Under the pieces are notes generated by a model. It saw only the letters and a list, made by a program, of their open reading frames with translations. It did not search any database and was not told the DNA's origin. DNA of 64,000 nt from an uncultured delta proteobacterium (GTDB lineage: Bacteria; Myxococcota_A; Polyangia; Polyangiales; Polyangiaceae). The translations under genes and the position numbers were made by a program. The DNA lies in contig CAWKKR010000004.1 of assembly GCA_963850305.1 (NCBI GenBank), positions 64,001-128,000 on the forward strand, in the 5' to 3' direction. This document shows, in pieces, positions 37,345-47,282 of the stretch (within the stretch, counting starts at the first letter, position 1; each line of letters begins with the position of its first letter).

Positions 37345-40158
37345 GTGCTCGCCCGCGCGCTCGGAATTCGTGACGAGGATCGGCGGGACGCGACGGTCGC
37401 CTTCTTGACGCTGCTCGGCGTGATGACCGCGCACGCGCTCTTGGAGACGGCGCGCGACGCTCTGTTCCTCTCGAAACTACCGGCGCGCGATCTGCCGTGG
37501 GCGTACATCGCGATCGCCGTCCTGTCGTTCGGCGTCGCAACCGCGAGCCGCGCGGTTCGCGGGCGCGTTCCGAGGCGGGTCACGCTCATGCTGTCGCTTC
37601 TCCTCGGCGGCGGGGTGACCGTGCTGTTTCACTTTCTGGTGGATTCCCGCTCGGCACCGACGGTGTTCGCGTTCTACGTGTGGACCGGACTCCTCGCGAC
37701 CGTGGTCGTCGTGGAATTCTGGCTGCTCGTCGCGGAAGCGTTGGACGTCGGACAGGCAAAGCGCGTCTTCGCCATCATCGGCGCGGGCGGCCTCTCCGGC
37801 GCGGTGCTCGGCGCGGCGCTCGCAAGCGCGCTCCTCGTCGTCCTTCGACCGTCGAGCTTGCTGCTCGTGGCCGGCGGGGTCCTCGCCATCACGGCGATCT
37901 GTCCACTGTTTTTCGCCCCCGGCAAACCCGCGGGCGCGAAACGGGGCGCGGTGCAGCCCGCGTCCTGGACGGTCCTGCTTCGGCGCGAGCCGTACTTGCG
38001 TCGCTTGCTGTGGGTCGTGTTCGCGTCGAGCATGGTGCTCACGGGCGTCGACTACGTCTTCAAGGCAATCGCCTCGGTCGAGCTGGCTCCGGATCAACTG
38101 GCACCGTTCTTCGCTCGCTTCTACGCGATCATCGGCAGCGTCGCACTCGGGGTTCAGCTGTTCATGGCGCCGCGACTGCTCAGAACTCTGGGCGTCAATG
38201 GGTCGCTGCTGTTGCTACCCGCGCTCCTCCTCATCGGTTCGGGTGGCTTCGTCCTGACGGGAGGACTCGGCGCGGCTCTGTTGATGCGCGGGGCGGATGG
38301 CGCCCTCCGGCACTCCCTCCACCGGACGGGGACCGAGATTCTCTTCGTGCCCCTGCCACCGGCGGTACGCGACCGTTACAAGGGATTCATCGAAGCCATC
38401 GGTCAGCGCGGCGGCCAGGGCATGGCGTCGGTGCTGCTTCTGGGGGCGGCGGCGACCGGCGTACGCCCGGTGGATATCGGGGTGGCGCTCATCGTATTTG
38501 CCGGCGTGTGGCTGGCCGCGACGAGCAGTATCAAGCCGCATTACCTCGAGCTTTTCCGGAGAAACCTCCGCGAAGGAATGCTCGAGACGCACGTGGAGGT
38601 TCCCGACCTGGACCTGAACTCGCTCGAAGCCCTCATCGGTGCGCTGAGTTCGCACAACGACCATGAGGTCACCGCCGCACTGGATCTCCTCGCTTCGTAC
38701 AAGAAGACGAACCTCGTTCCGGCGCTCATCTTGTACCACCCCTCGCCGGACGTCGTGCTGCACGCGTTCGCGCATTTCGCCGGCGCTGGTCGCTCGGACG
38801 CGGATCGCTTGATCGATCGCCTGATCTCGCACGACGATGAACGGATTCGGGCCGCGGCACTCCGCCACACTGCGTCCCGCGCCGGAACGACCCTCCTCGG
38901 CACGCTCTCGAGAGATCCGTCCCCCCTCGTCCGCACGACCGCGGTGGTCGAGCTCATCCGGCGAGGAGCGATCGACGAGTGGAAGGGAGGCGACGTCCTC
39001 CGAGGCATCATCGACGGCGGTTCACCGGAGCTGCGGCGAGCGCTGGCCTTCGCGTCCCGCGAGCTGCCCTCGGGCCGCTACTCGTGGGCGCTCATCCGGC
39101 TCGCGTTCATCCCGGAGCCCGGGCTCGCCGTCGAGGTCGCCCGATCGATGGCGGCGGCACCCGACGTGGAGTTCGTCCCTACCCTGGCCCGCTTGCTCGC
39201 CGTGCGCGACTGCAGAGAGGACGCGCGCGGTGCGCTCTTCGCCCTGGGCGAGGCGGCACTCGGCGCGCTCGATGGCGCGCTGACGGACACGACCTTGTCG
39301 CGCGCCGTGCGACGCCATTTGCCGAGAACCATAGCGCATCTCGGGGGCGCGCTCGCGTCCCAGATCCTGGAACGGCGGCTCGCGGTCGAACCCGACGAGG
39401 TCGTGGAGCTCAACATCGTCCGCGCCCTGGGGCGAATGCGCGCGCTCGACCCGGGTCTGGCGGTCGACACCGATGCGCTCTTCGGCGAAGCGCGGCGAAC
39501 TCTCGCGCGAGGCGTCACGCTGCTGTTCTGGCAAGTGGTGAGCGACCGATTCTGTCGCGAGCACCCGCAGGCGCGGAGCGCGGCCGCGGAGATGCTCATG
39601 GCACTCCTCGCCGACAAGGAGTCACGAGCTATCGAGCGTGTGTTCCGGATCCTCGAGGTCATAGATCCGTCCGAAGAGTTCGAGGTCCTGCTCGCCGGCT
39701 TGAAGAGCACCGACGCGCGACGCCGGGAGAACGGCCGCGAGCTCTTGAGCCACGTCGTGCCCGAGCCGCTCCGGAGCGGCATCCTCGCCATGCTCGGCGA
39801 TGGCCCGGTCGACGCCCGCCTGCGCCAGGCCGTGCGGTTCCACGATCCGGGCGGACGCTCGCGACCCGATCGAACCGCGTTGCTCCTCGGCGACGCTCTA
39901 CTGGATAGAGGCGACCATGCGGCGGCGGTCGGGGACCTCGACGGCATCCATGTCGAGTGCCTCCGGGCCATGCTCCTGGATCCGAGCGACGCCGTGCGGA
40001 GCGTCGCGAGCTACCGGATCGCCGAGCTCGGGCTGGGTGAGCTCGAGACGGAGCTGCGGACCGCCGCAGCTCCGCGCGATGGCGCACTCGCAGAACTGTC
40101 CGATCGAGCCGTCGAGCTGCTCGAACGCGCGACGACGGAGGTGAGCCGTGCGGGCTGA
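37345..40158 (+). CDS. Npt1/Npt2 (TLC) family nucleotide-transporter domain fused to HEAT repeats
   Basis: ARDALFL, FW......D..QAKR.F..IG.GG..G, LRHSL....EILF.PLP..R...K.FI; then helical HEAT-like repeats (D.SP.VR..A). Confidence 0.8.
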   Translation: MLARALGIRDEDRRDATVAFLTLLGVMTAHALLETARDALFLSKLPARDLPWAYIAIAVLSFGVATASRAVRGRVPRRVTLMLSLLLGGGVTVLFHFLVDSRSAPTVFAFYVWTGLLATVVVVEFWLLVAEALDVGQAKRVFAIIGAGGLSGAVLGAALASALLVVLRPSSLLLVAGGVLAITAICPLFFAPGKPAGAKRGAVQPASWTVLLRREPYLRRLLWVVFASSMVLTGVDYVFKAIASVELAPDQLAPFFARFYAIIGSVALGVQLFMAPRLLRTLGVNGSLLLLPALLLIGSGGFVLTGGLGAALLMRGADGALRHSLHRTGTEILFVPLPPAVRDRYKGFIEAIGQRGGQGMASVLLLGAAATGVRPVDIGVALIVFAGVWLAATSSIKPHYLELFRRNLREGMLETHVEVPDLDLNSLEALIGALSSHNDHEVTAALDLLASYKKTNLVPALILYHPSPDVVLHAFAHFAGAGRSDADRLIDRLISHDDERIRAAALRHTASRAGTTLLGTLSRDPSPLVRTTAVVELIRRGAIDEWKGGDVLRGIIDGGSPELRRALAFASRELPSGRYSWALIRLAFIPEPGLAVEVARSMAAAPDVEFVPTLARLLAVRDCREDARGALFALGEAALGALDGALTDTTLSRAVRRHLPRTIAHLGGALASQILERRLAVEPDEVVELNIVRALGRMRALDPGLAVDTDALFGEARRTLARGVTLLFWQVVSDRFCREHPQARSAAAEMLMALLADKESRAIERVFRILEVIDPSEEFEVLLAGLKSTDARRRENGRELLSHVVPEPLRSGILAMLGDGPVDARLRQAVRFHDPGGRSRPDRTALLLGDALLDRGDHAAAVGDLDGIHVECLRAMLLDPSDAVRSVASYRIAELGLGELETELRTAAAPRDGALAELSDRAVELLERATTEVSRAG

Positions 40159-41083
40159 CGGCGAACGCATGCGCCCGGGCCACGTGGCGCGAGTGCTCGC
40201 GCTGCGCTCATTTCCAGGGCTCGCGCAGGTTCACCCGACCCACCTCGCCCTCCTCGCCGATCTCGCGAAGGAGCGGACATTCGGCAAAGGAGACACGCTG
40301 CTGAAACCGGGAACGCCGGTACGATCGATGCACCTGATTCGCGGCGGGTCCGTCGCGGTGCTCCACGAGAACATCGTCACCCGCCGCTTCGGCGCGACCG
40401 ACATCGTCGGGGCGGTCGCGGCGCTGGCACGGCTTCCGGAGGGCCAGCATGTCGTCGCAGAAGAAGAGACGAATACGTTCGAGATCGACATCGACGATTT
40501 CGAGGAGGTGCTGGAAGAAAGCTTTTCCATCCTGCTTGCGGCGCTCCGCGGGACTCTAGCGAGCGTGATGGAATGCCGGCTGAAGCTGCCGGGAAACGCC
40601 GGCTTTCCCGAGCCGAGCGCCGGCCAGACAGAGCGTGCGGACGCGGTCCTCGGACCCGTGGAGAGGGTTCTCTTCTTGCGCCGGCTCATGACGTACGGGC
40701 GCGCCCAGGTGGAAGCGCTCGCCGAGCTCGCGCGCGAGATGCACGAGGTCCGGATCCCTGCGGGCACCGAGCTCTGGCGCGATGGCGACCCGGCCATGCA
40801 CTCGCTCCTGGTGTGGAGCGGCGTGATCATCGGCGAGGCCCGCCACGGGCAGAGATTCAAGCTGGGCCCGGACTCCGTCGCGGGGGGCATCGACTCGATC
40901 GCCGGAGAGAAGCGGTTCTACCGCGCCGTCGCGGAGACCGACGTCGTGGCGCTGCGGAGCGACACCGCGCACCTCATGGACGTGATTGAAGAGCATCCCG
41001 ACATGGGGCTCGACATGCTCCGGGCCGCAGCGCGAATCCTCTCGAATCTCTACGCCGCGCTGGACCGCCAGACGCTCGGTTGA
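40148..41083 (+). CDS. Tandem cyclic-nucleotide-binding-domain protein
   Basis: Two repeats of 'RVL.LR...LA.LA..E..F..G..L...G.P...L...G'; overlaps the upstream stop. Confidence 0.8.
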   Translation: MRADGERMRPGHVARVLALRSFPGLAQVHPTHLALLADLAKERTFGKGDTLLKPGTPVRSMHLIRGGSVAVLHENIVTRRFGATDIVGAVAALARLPEGQHVVAEEETNTFEIDIDDFEEVLEESFSILLAALRGTLASVMECRLKLPGNAGFPEPSAGQTERADAVLGPVERVLFLRRLMTYGRAQVEALAELAREMHEVRIPAGTELWRDGDPAMHSLLVWSGVIIGEARHGQRFKLGPDSVAGGIDSIAGEKRFYRAVAETDVVALRSDTAHLMDVIEEHPDMGLDMLRAAARILSNLYAALDRQTLG

Positions 41084-41118
41084 GTTCTGGCGGACTCCGC
41101 TTCGCGTGCCCTCAAACA

Positions 41119-42702
41119 CTACTCGGTCTGCTCCTTGGTCTTCAGGAAGCGAAGCATCTTCCACTCGCTCTCGGCCGTGTCGAGGTGCCACTTGTTGCGA
41201 GCGAGAAACACCTTGGCGCCGGTGTGGTCGTCCGCGATGCTGCCCTGATTTTCTTCGATGAACCTCTCGAGCGCCCGGCGATCGTCGGACTCGATCCAGC
41301 GCGCGGTGTAGAGGGCCGTATTCTCGAACTTCACCGGGATGTCGTACTCGGTTCGGATTCGATCCGCGAGAACGTCGAACTGCAGCGATCCCACGACGCC
41401 GACGATGAACGCGCCGCCCGCAAGCGGCTTGAAGACCCGCGCCGCACCTTCTTCCGCGAGTTGCTCGAGCGCGCGCCCGAGGTGCTTCGCGCGCATCGGA
41501 TCGTCGGGACGAACGCGCTGGAGGAGCTCCGGCGCGAAGCTCGGGATGCCGGTGAAGTGCAAGGCTTCGCCCTCCGTGAGCGCGTCGCCGATGCGTAGCT
41601 TGCCGTGATTCGGGAGACCGATGATGTCGCCGGCCCACGCCTCGTCCGCGACTTCGCGATCCTGCGCGAGGAAGAGAAGCGGATTGTGAGCCTTGATGAT
41701 CGCGCCCGTGCGCACGTGCGACAATTTCATGCCGCGCTCGAAGTGGCCGGAGCAAAGACGGACGAACGCGATGCGGTCGTGGTGCTTCGGGTCCATGTTC
41801 GCCTGGATCTTGAAGACGAAACCCGTCACCTTGGACTCGTCCGGCGACACGACACGCTCCACTGCCTTCTGCGGTCGTGGCGGCGGCGCAAACTCCGCTA
41901 GCCCGTCGAGCAACATGCGCACGCCGAAGTTGTTGACCGCGCTGCCGAAGAAGACGGGCGTCCGGTGCCCTTCGCGATAAGCAGTGACGTCGAAGTCCTT
42001 GCAGAGCCCGCGCGCCATCTCCACTCCCTGACGTAGCGTCGCGACGGCCGTCTCGGGCAGGAGCTCATCGAGCTTGCGGTCGTTCAGGCCCTCGCACGTG
42101 ACGCCCTCGTCCCGCGTGTTCTTCTGCCCGCGCTCCGTGAGCACGAGTTGATCGCGCAGCAGATCGTAACAACCGCGGAAGCTATGGCCCATGCCGATCG
42201 GCCAGCTCGCGGGAGAGACGTCCAGCGCCAGCGTTTGCTCGATCTCGTCCAGGAGATCGAACGGGTCGCGCCCCTCGCGATCCATCTTGTTGACGAAGGT
42301 GACAATCGGGACGTCACGCAGGCGGCAGACCTCGAAGAGCTTGCGCGTCTGACTCTCGATGCCCTTCCCTGCGTCGATGACCATGACGGCAGAATCGACG
42401 GCCGTGAGCGTGCGGTAGGTGTCTTCGCTGAAGTCCTCGTGGCCGGGCGTGTCGAGCAGATTGAAGGTACAGCCCGCGTAGTCGAAGCACATGGCGGAAG
42501 CGGTCACCGAAATGCCGCGCTCCTGCTCGACTTTCATCCAGTCCGACCGTGCTCGCCGCTGCTCGCCCCGTGCCTTGACGGCGCCCGCGAGCTGAATCGC
42601 CCCGCCGAAAAGGAGCAGCTTTTCCGTCAGGGTTGTCTTGCCCGCGTCAGGGTGCGAAATAATCGCGAACGTTCTGCGTTGCTGAATCGGCGCGGGGGTC
42701 AT
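41119..42702 (-). CDS. prfC: Peptide chain release factor 3
   Basis: RRTFAIISHPDAGKTTLTEK, DTPGHEDFSEDTYR, NKMDR. Confidence 0.98.
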   Translation of the reverse strand: MTPAPIQQRRTFAIISHPDAGKTTLTEKLLLFGGAIQLAGAVKARGEQRRARSDWMKVEQERGISVTASAMCFDYAGCTFNLLDTPGHEDFSEDTYRTLTAVDSAVMVIDAGKGIESQTRKLFEVCRLRDVPIVTFVNKMDREGRDPFDLLDEIEQTLALDVSPASWPIGMGHSFRGCYDLLRDQLVLTERGQKNTRDEGVTCEGLNDRKLDELLPETAVATLRQGVEMARGLCKDFDVTAYREGHRTPVFFGSAVNNFGVRMLLDGLAEFAPPPRPQKAVERVVSPDESKVTGFVFKIQANMDPKHHDRIAFVRLCSGHFERGMKLSHVRTGAIIKAHNPLLFLAQDREVADEAWAGDIIGLPNHGKLRIGDALTEGEALHFTGIPSFAPELLQRVRPDDPMRAKHLGRALEQLAEEGAARVFKPLAGGAFIVGVVGSLQFDVLADRIRTEYDIPVKFENTALYTARWIESDDRRALERFIEENQGSIADDHTGAKVFLARNKWHLDTAESEWKMLRFLKTKEQTE

Positions 42703-42927
42703 GGCGTCCGCGCCATATCACGGCTGCGCATCGCTACCGAAACTCGCTCGAAATCCGGCGCGAAATACCGTTCGCACACGCTCCGGTTACGCTCGCACGG
42801 GAAGACGCGTCACGCCGGAACGCTCGGATGGGCTCGTTGCACCCTGCGTCGCGAAAAACGCGACGCGTCGAGGTCGTGACGAAACGCTGACAAGGAGATC
42901 GGCGTGAAATGACCGGTCGATCGGGAT

Positions 42928-43752
42928 GTGGACGCTATGCTGTGGGCGCATCTCGACCCCGAAAAGAGGTTCCACGTGATCATCATCGCGTTCTTCATTT
43001 TGCACTGGGAGCTCTCGGTCTTCTCGCAGACCTTCTTCCTGCACCGATACGGGGCGCACCGGATGTTCACGATGTCGAAGGGCTGGGAGCGCTTCTTCTA
43101 CCTGCTCACGTACATGAGCCAGGGGTCAAGCTACCTCGTGCCGCGCGGGTACGCGATCTTGCATCGCATGCACCACGCTTACAGCGACACGCCGAAGGAT
43201 CCGCACTCACCGCGGAACTATTCGAACCTGATGTCGATGATGTGGGACACGAAGCATCAGTACGATAACTTTGCGTACAACCGCGTGGAGCCCGAGCCGC
43301 GATTCAAGGGGGGCTACCCGGAGTGGCCCGCCGTCGACAAGATCGGACAGAACTGGATGATGCGCGTCGCGTGGGGCGCCGCGTACACGCTCTTCTACAT
43401 CAAGTTCGCCACGGCTCCGTGGATGTTCGCGCTCCTGCCGATCCATTACGTGATGGGTCCCGTGCACGGCGCGATCGTCAACTGGGGTGGCCACATGTAC
43501 GGCTACCGGAATTTCGACAACGGGGACGACTCGAAGAACACCCTTGCGTTCGATTTTCTCACCGGAGGCGAGCTCTTCCAGAACAACCACCACAAGTTCG
43601 GCATGAGCCCGAACTTCGCGGCCCGCTGGTTCGAAATCGATCCGACGTACTACGTCATCCGGGCGCTCTCGGCGCTCCGCATCCTCGACACGAGCGGCGC
43701 GCAGCAGATCCGGTACCCGGCCGAGCGCACGGTCACGGCGGAGTCTACCTGA
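42928..43752 (+). CDS. Acyl-CoA/fatty acid desaturase
   Basis: His boxes HRYGAH, HRMHH and NNHH. Confidence 0.92.
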   Translation: MDAMLWAHLDPEKRFHVIIIAFFILHWELSVFSQTFFLHRYGAHRMFTMSKGWERFFYLLTYMSQGSSYLVPRGYAILHRMHHAYSDTPKDPHSPRNYSNLMSMMWDTKHQYDNFAYNRVEPEPRFKGGYPEWPAVDKIGQNWMMRVAWGAAYTLFYIKFATAPWMFALLPIHYVMGPVHGAIVNWGGHMYGYRNFDNGDDSKNTLAFDFLTGGELFQNNHHKFGMSPNFAARWFEIDPTYYVIRALSALRILDTSGAQQIRYPAERTVTAEST

Positions 43753-43786
43753 CGCGCGAGCGCGGTGAGGCCGAGCGCCGCCGGCT

Positions 43787-44260
43787 CTAGCGGCCGGCGT
43801 CGGGGCTTCGTGCGGCATCGCTCGCCGCGTCGCTCGCGGCGTCCTCGCGCCCGGCGTCCTGCACGCTGGAGCTTCTCGCGTCGCGATCGGACGCGTCCGC
43901 GATAGAATTGCCGCCGCCGGTGCCGCTGAGCCCGCCCGCGCCGCCCGTGTCCGGGAACAGATTGACGCAGGTGCCGAAACCCACGTTGACGCCGCACTGA
44001 CCGTCATTGGTGCAGCAGGCCGGGAGCGGCCCGGCTCCGGGACAGCGTTCAAGCGCGCAACCCGACGAGACGCCGCCGGAGCCGGCGGCTCCCCCCGAGC
44101 TTGCCCCACCCGATGACGTTCCCGCGTCCGAACGAGCGGTCGCGACGGAAGCGACGCGATACGGCACCGTGAACTCCGAGCCGTCGGACGACGTGCATCC
44201 AGCCACGACGAACAGCAGCGCCAACGTGCTCACACCGGGGAGACTGCTCACGCCGGCCAT
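43787..44260 (-). CDS. Hypothetical lipoprotein with a small Cys-rich module
   Basis: Lipobox VAGC, Gly/Ser linkers, C..C..CC..C..C core, DAG-type repeats. Confidence 0.65.
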   Translation of the reverse strand: MAGVSSLPGVSTLALLFVVAGCTSSDGSEFTVPYRVASVATARSDAGTSSGGASSGGAAGSGGVSSGCALERCPGAGPLPACCTNDGQCGVNVGFGTCVNLFPDTGGAGGLSGTGGGNSIADASDRDARSSSVQDAGREDAASDAASDAARSPDAGR

Positions 44261-44306
44261 TCTTGCACGATCCGGCCCGGATTGCGCCGTTGGCTGAACC
44301 AAAAGC

Positions 44307-45065
44307 TCAAATGCCGACGTCTGCGGTGATGCCGCCATCGGCGACGATGGCCGCGCCGTTCACGTGTCTCGCATCCTCCGACACGAGGAAGCGGACGAGG
44401 GCCGCGATCTCGGTCGGCTCGGCGAGTCGTCGCGCCGGAGTTCGCGCGAGAATGCGTTCACGATGACCGGGGCGCGCCTCGGGCTGCGCGCCCATCCGCG
44501 TTTCGACGTAGCCCGGGCAGACCGCGTTGCATGTGATGCCGTGCTCGGCCCACTCGACTGCGACGGCGCGGGCGTACCCCACGACCGCGTGCTTGCTCGC
44601 GACGTAGGTCGACGATAGCCGCGCCCCGAGCAGCCCCTGGATCGACGCGATATGCACGATGCGTCCGAACCCGCGAGCGGCCATCGACGGCAGGAGGGCC
44701 CGCGTCAATAGGAACGCGCCCCGGACGTTCGTCGCGAACACCCGTTCCCATTCTTCGACGGACACTTCATCCGCGCGGTGAAACGGACCCCCGATCCCTG
44801 CGGCGTGGACCAGAACCGCCGCGTCGCCGAGCCCGGCGCGAGCGAGCGCGAGCGCCTGCGCGACGGCGGCCTCGTCCGAGACGTCGCAAGCGAACGCAAG
44901 CGCTCGCCCCCCGCGCCGAGCGATCGTCTCTGCAACGGCCTCGGCGCGGGCGCCGTCCAGATCCAGCACAGCAACGGCGTTCCCGTCCTCGGCAAGCCCC
45001 CCGGCAATCGCGCTTCCGATACCGCCCCCGGCGCCAGACACGATCGCTACACGTCCGGGGTTCAT
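44307..45065 (-). CDS. Short-chain dehydrogenase/reductase
   Basis: SGAGGGIG, YVASK, CPGYV; ATG overlaps the upstream stop. Confidence 0.9.
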   Translation of the reverse strand: MNPGRVAIVSGAGGGIGSAIAGGLAEDGNAVAVLDLDGARAEAVAETIARRGGRALAFACDVSDEAAVAQALALARAGLGDAAVLVHAAGIGGPFHRADEVSVEEWERVFATNVRGAFLLTRALLPSMAARGFGRIVHIASIQGLLGARLSSTYVASKHAVVGYARAVAVEWAEHGITCNAVCPGYVETRMGAQPEARPGHRERILARTPARRLAEPTEIAALVRFLVSEDARHVNGAAIVADGGITADVGI

Positions 45066-45769
45066 CGAGAAAGGATGCCCTTCGGCGGCGCGATGCGGAT
45101 CTCGTCCACGCGCACGGTAGGCGACAGCGAGAGCAGGTGCACGACCGACGCCGCGACGTCCTCGACGGACAGCATCTCTTCTCGAGCGTACCCTTCGCGA
45201 CCGTTCCAGATGCCGGTCGCGACGGCACCGAGCGTGACGACGGTTCCGAACACGCCGTGCGCCTTGCCCTCCTCGGTCAAGATCTCGGAAAACCCGCGAG
45301 CGCCGTACTTGGAGGCGCCGTAGGCCGCAGAATCCGCGAGCGGGACACGCCCGGCGACCGAACCGATGGTGACGACCCGGCCGCCTCGCGCGCGTTTCAT
45401 GCGCCTGAACGCCTCGCGGGAACACAGGAAGACGCCCGCCAGGTTCGTGTCGAGCGTGGCGCGAAACTCCTCCAGCGTCAGCGACTCGATGGGCTTGAAC
45501 ACGCCGGTTCCGGCATTGTTCACGAGCGCGTCGATGCGCCCTGCAGCGCCGTCGAGCCATTGGAAGAACTTCGTGACGCTACGTTCATCGGTGACGTCGA
45601 GTGCCGCCTCGACGACGGAACCCGGGCGAGGCTCCGCGCGGGGCGCGGTGAAAGAGCGGGCGCCCGAGACCACCGCAGCTCCCGCGTTCGCGGTAGCAAC
45701 GGCGATGCCGCGACCGATACCGCGAGAACCGCCCGTGACCACGACGACCTTGCCGGAGAGGACATCCAC
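45062..45769 (-). CDS. Short-chain dehydrogenase/reductase
   Basis: TGGSRGIG, NNAG, YGASK. Confidence 0.9.
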   Translation of the reverse strand: MDVLSGKVVVVTGGSRGIGRGIAVATANAGAAVVSGARSFTAPRAEPRPGSVVEAALDVTDERSVTKFFQWLDGAAGRIDALVNNAGTGVFKPIESLTLEEFRATLDTNLAGVFLCSREAFRRMKRARGGRVVTIGSVAGRVPLADSAAYGASKYGARGFSEILTEEGKAHGVFGTVVTLGAVATGIWNGREGYAREEMLSVEDVAASVVHLLSLSPTVRVDEIRIAPPKGILSR

Positions 45770-45883
45770 TGGTGCACTTTACGCCGCAAAGATTCGCGGC
45801 GCACCGCATCACTCGGACGCCACCTAGCGGTCGTAGAAAGGCTCTTGTCTCGCTGGGCCCCGTGGGTGTTGACTCCGCTCCCC

Positions 45884-46153
45884 ATGAAACGCGAGAAGCG
45901 CCTCACGAAGCGAGAACGAAAAGCCGCCGGCCAGGAACATTCGCACGATCACCAGCACATTCATTGCATCGTGTGTGGAAGGCACATCGAGCCGGATGAG
46001 TTCGCTGCATCCCCGGCCACCGCACGGATCCTGGCCTGCCAGCATGGCTCGAAGTTCCCCTCCTGCGCGGGCTGCGTCGAACCGGGGCAGAGACTCCTGG
46101 ACGAGCACGACCGCACGGGCGAGCCAGTGAAGACCGCCGGTGCTTGGCATTGA
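45884..46153 (+). CDS. Small basic His/Cys-rich putative metal-binding protein (89 aa)
   Basis: MKREKRLTKRERK, HSHDHQHIHCIVC, CQH, CAGC. Confidence 0.7.
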   Translation: MKREKRLTKRERKAAGQEHSHDHQHIHCIVCGRHIEPDEFAASPATARILACQHGSKFPSCAGCVEPGQRLLDEHDRTGEPVKTAGAWH

Positions 46154-46371
46154 CGGCTGCGGTTCGATCCCCGCCCGTAGCTTGCCTGTGACGATTTCAT
46201 TCGCCGCGGATTGACGGCTCAGTCCGACCTGCACGGAGCATCCAAACGAATGCCCCTTCAGAAATCTGGTGAAGCCGATGCTCAGAATGAACGGCGTCGC
46301 CAGAAATTCGATGAAAGCTCGATTCAGATCGGAGCTGGCGCGCAATCGGCGACTGGCAGTTCGATGCGCGA

Positions 46372-47142
46372 TCAACCGATGGTCAGAGGTTGACCGGCAT
46401 TCCGGACTACCCCTAACCGACCCTCCGCAATCCGGGTGATCGCGACGATCTTCTCGAAGTCCGAGGCTCGAAAAGCGTGGTCGGGGCGCCCGAGTTCGAC
46501 GAGCGCGTAGAGGCGGTCCGCGCATACTAGTGGCGTCATCGCGACGCCGCTGCACGCCGGAAAGGCACCGAGCCGGTTCCTCACCGTCCATGACGGCGCG
46601 TCGGGGTCCGGCTCCTCGCAGAGGCTCCTTCCCTCGAAAGCGAGCAGCGCCGCGGGATCGTCGAACGGAATCTTGCGTCCGACTCGCCGCGTCGACTTCG
46701 GCCCGGACGTGCAGACCGTCACGAAGCCCGAGCGCGGCGCCCCCCGGCGATGAATCGCTCCGACCCATGCGCCCGTCGTGCGCATCGCTTCCATCAGGCA
46801 TTCGCGGAGCACGTCGCTGGGGTCGTTCGCGCGATGCAGACGCTGCTCGAACGCCTCGAACGGCGACGGCGCGGCGGGCACTTCACGCCAGCGCGCCGGC
46901 TCGATCATCACGTCGCCGCCCGACGCCTGCGCGCGCCGGAGCGCCGCAACTTCGCGAATCCGCTCGACGCTGCGCCAGGTGCTCCATTTTCGCTCGCGCA
47001 CCATGCAATCCGCAGGAACGCGCTCGTGCAAGACGCCGCGGACGAGCAAATTGGTCGTGACCGGCCCGACCGTGACGTCACCGTTCGTCACGAACCAGAG
47101 CGGCGGGGCTTTCTTGTGAAGTAGAACGTGAGCGGTCTGCAT
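46372..47142 (-). CDS. GYF_2-like plus GAF-like domain protein
   Basis: WFV....VGPV..L...V..ERKWSTW (GYF_2); C-terminal 'VAMTPLV..RLYALVELG..F..D' (GAF). Confidence 0.7.
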   Translation of the reverse strand: MQTAHVLLHKKAPPLWFVTNGDVTVGPVTTNLLVRGVLHERVPADCMVRERKWSTWRSVERIREVAALRRAQASGGDVMIEPARWREVPAAPSPFEAFEQRLHRANDPSDVLRECLMEAMRTTGAWVGAIHRRGAPRSGFVTVCTSGPKSTRRVGRKIPFDDPAALLAFEGRSLCEEPDPDAPSWTVRNRLGAFPACSGVAMTPLVCADRLYALVELGRPDHAFRASDFEKIVAITRIAEGRLGVVRNAGQPLTIG

Positions 47143-47282
47143 GGATCCGGACCTCGCTTTCCACATTGTCCGTCGCCGGCTCCGGTGGGGCCAAAGAATG
47201 GACTAAGAGCGCGTCCGAGGACGAACCCCGGTCGGCAGATCTCGGTCGAATAGCGAATCGCCGGGCGTGCCGGCTGTGCGGC

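Noticed and set aside
46158..46180. GCGGTTCGATCCCCGCC, resembling a tRNA T-arm or att site
   Set aside because: The stem pairs poorly, there is no acceptor, D or anticodon arm, and no integrase is nearby.
46211..46393. 60-aa ORF in a slightly lower-GC stretch
   Set aside because: TTG start, no motif, and it overlaps the end of the convergent gene.
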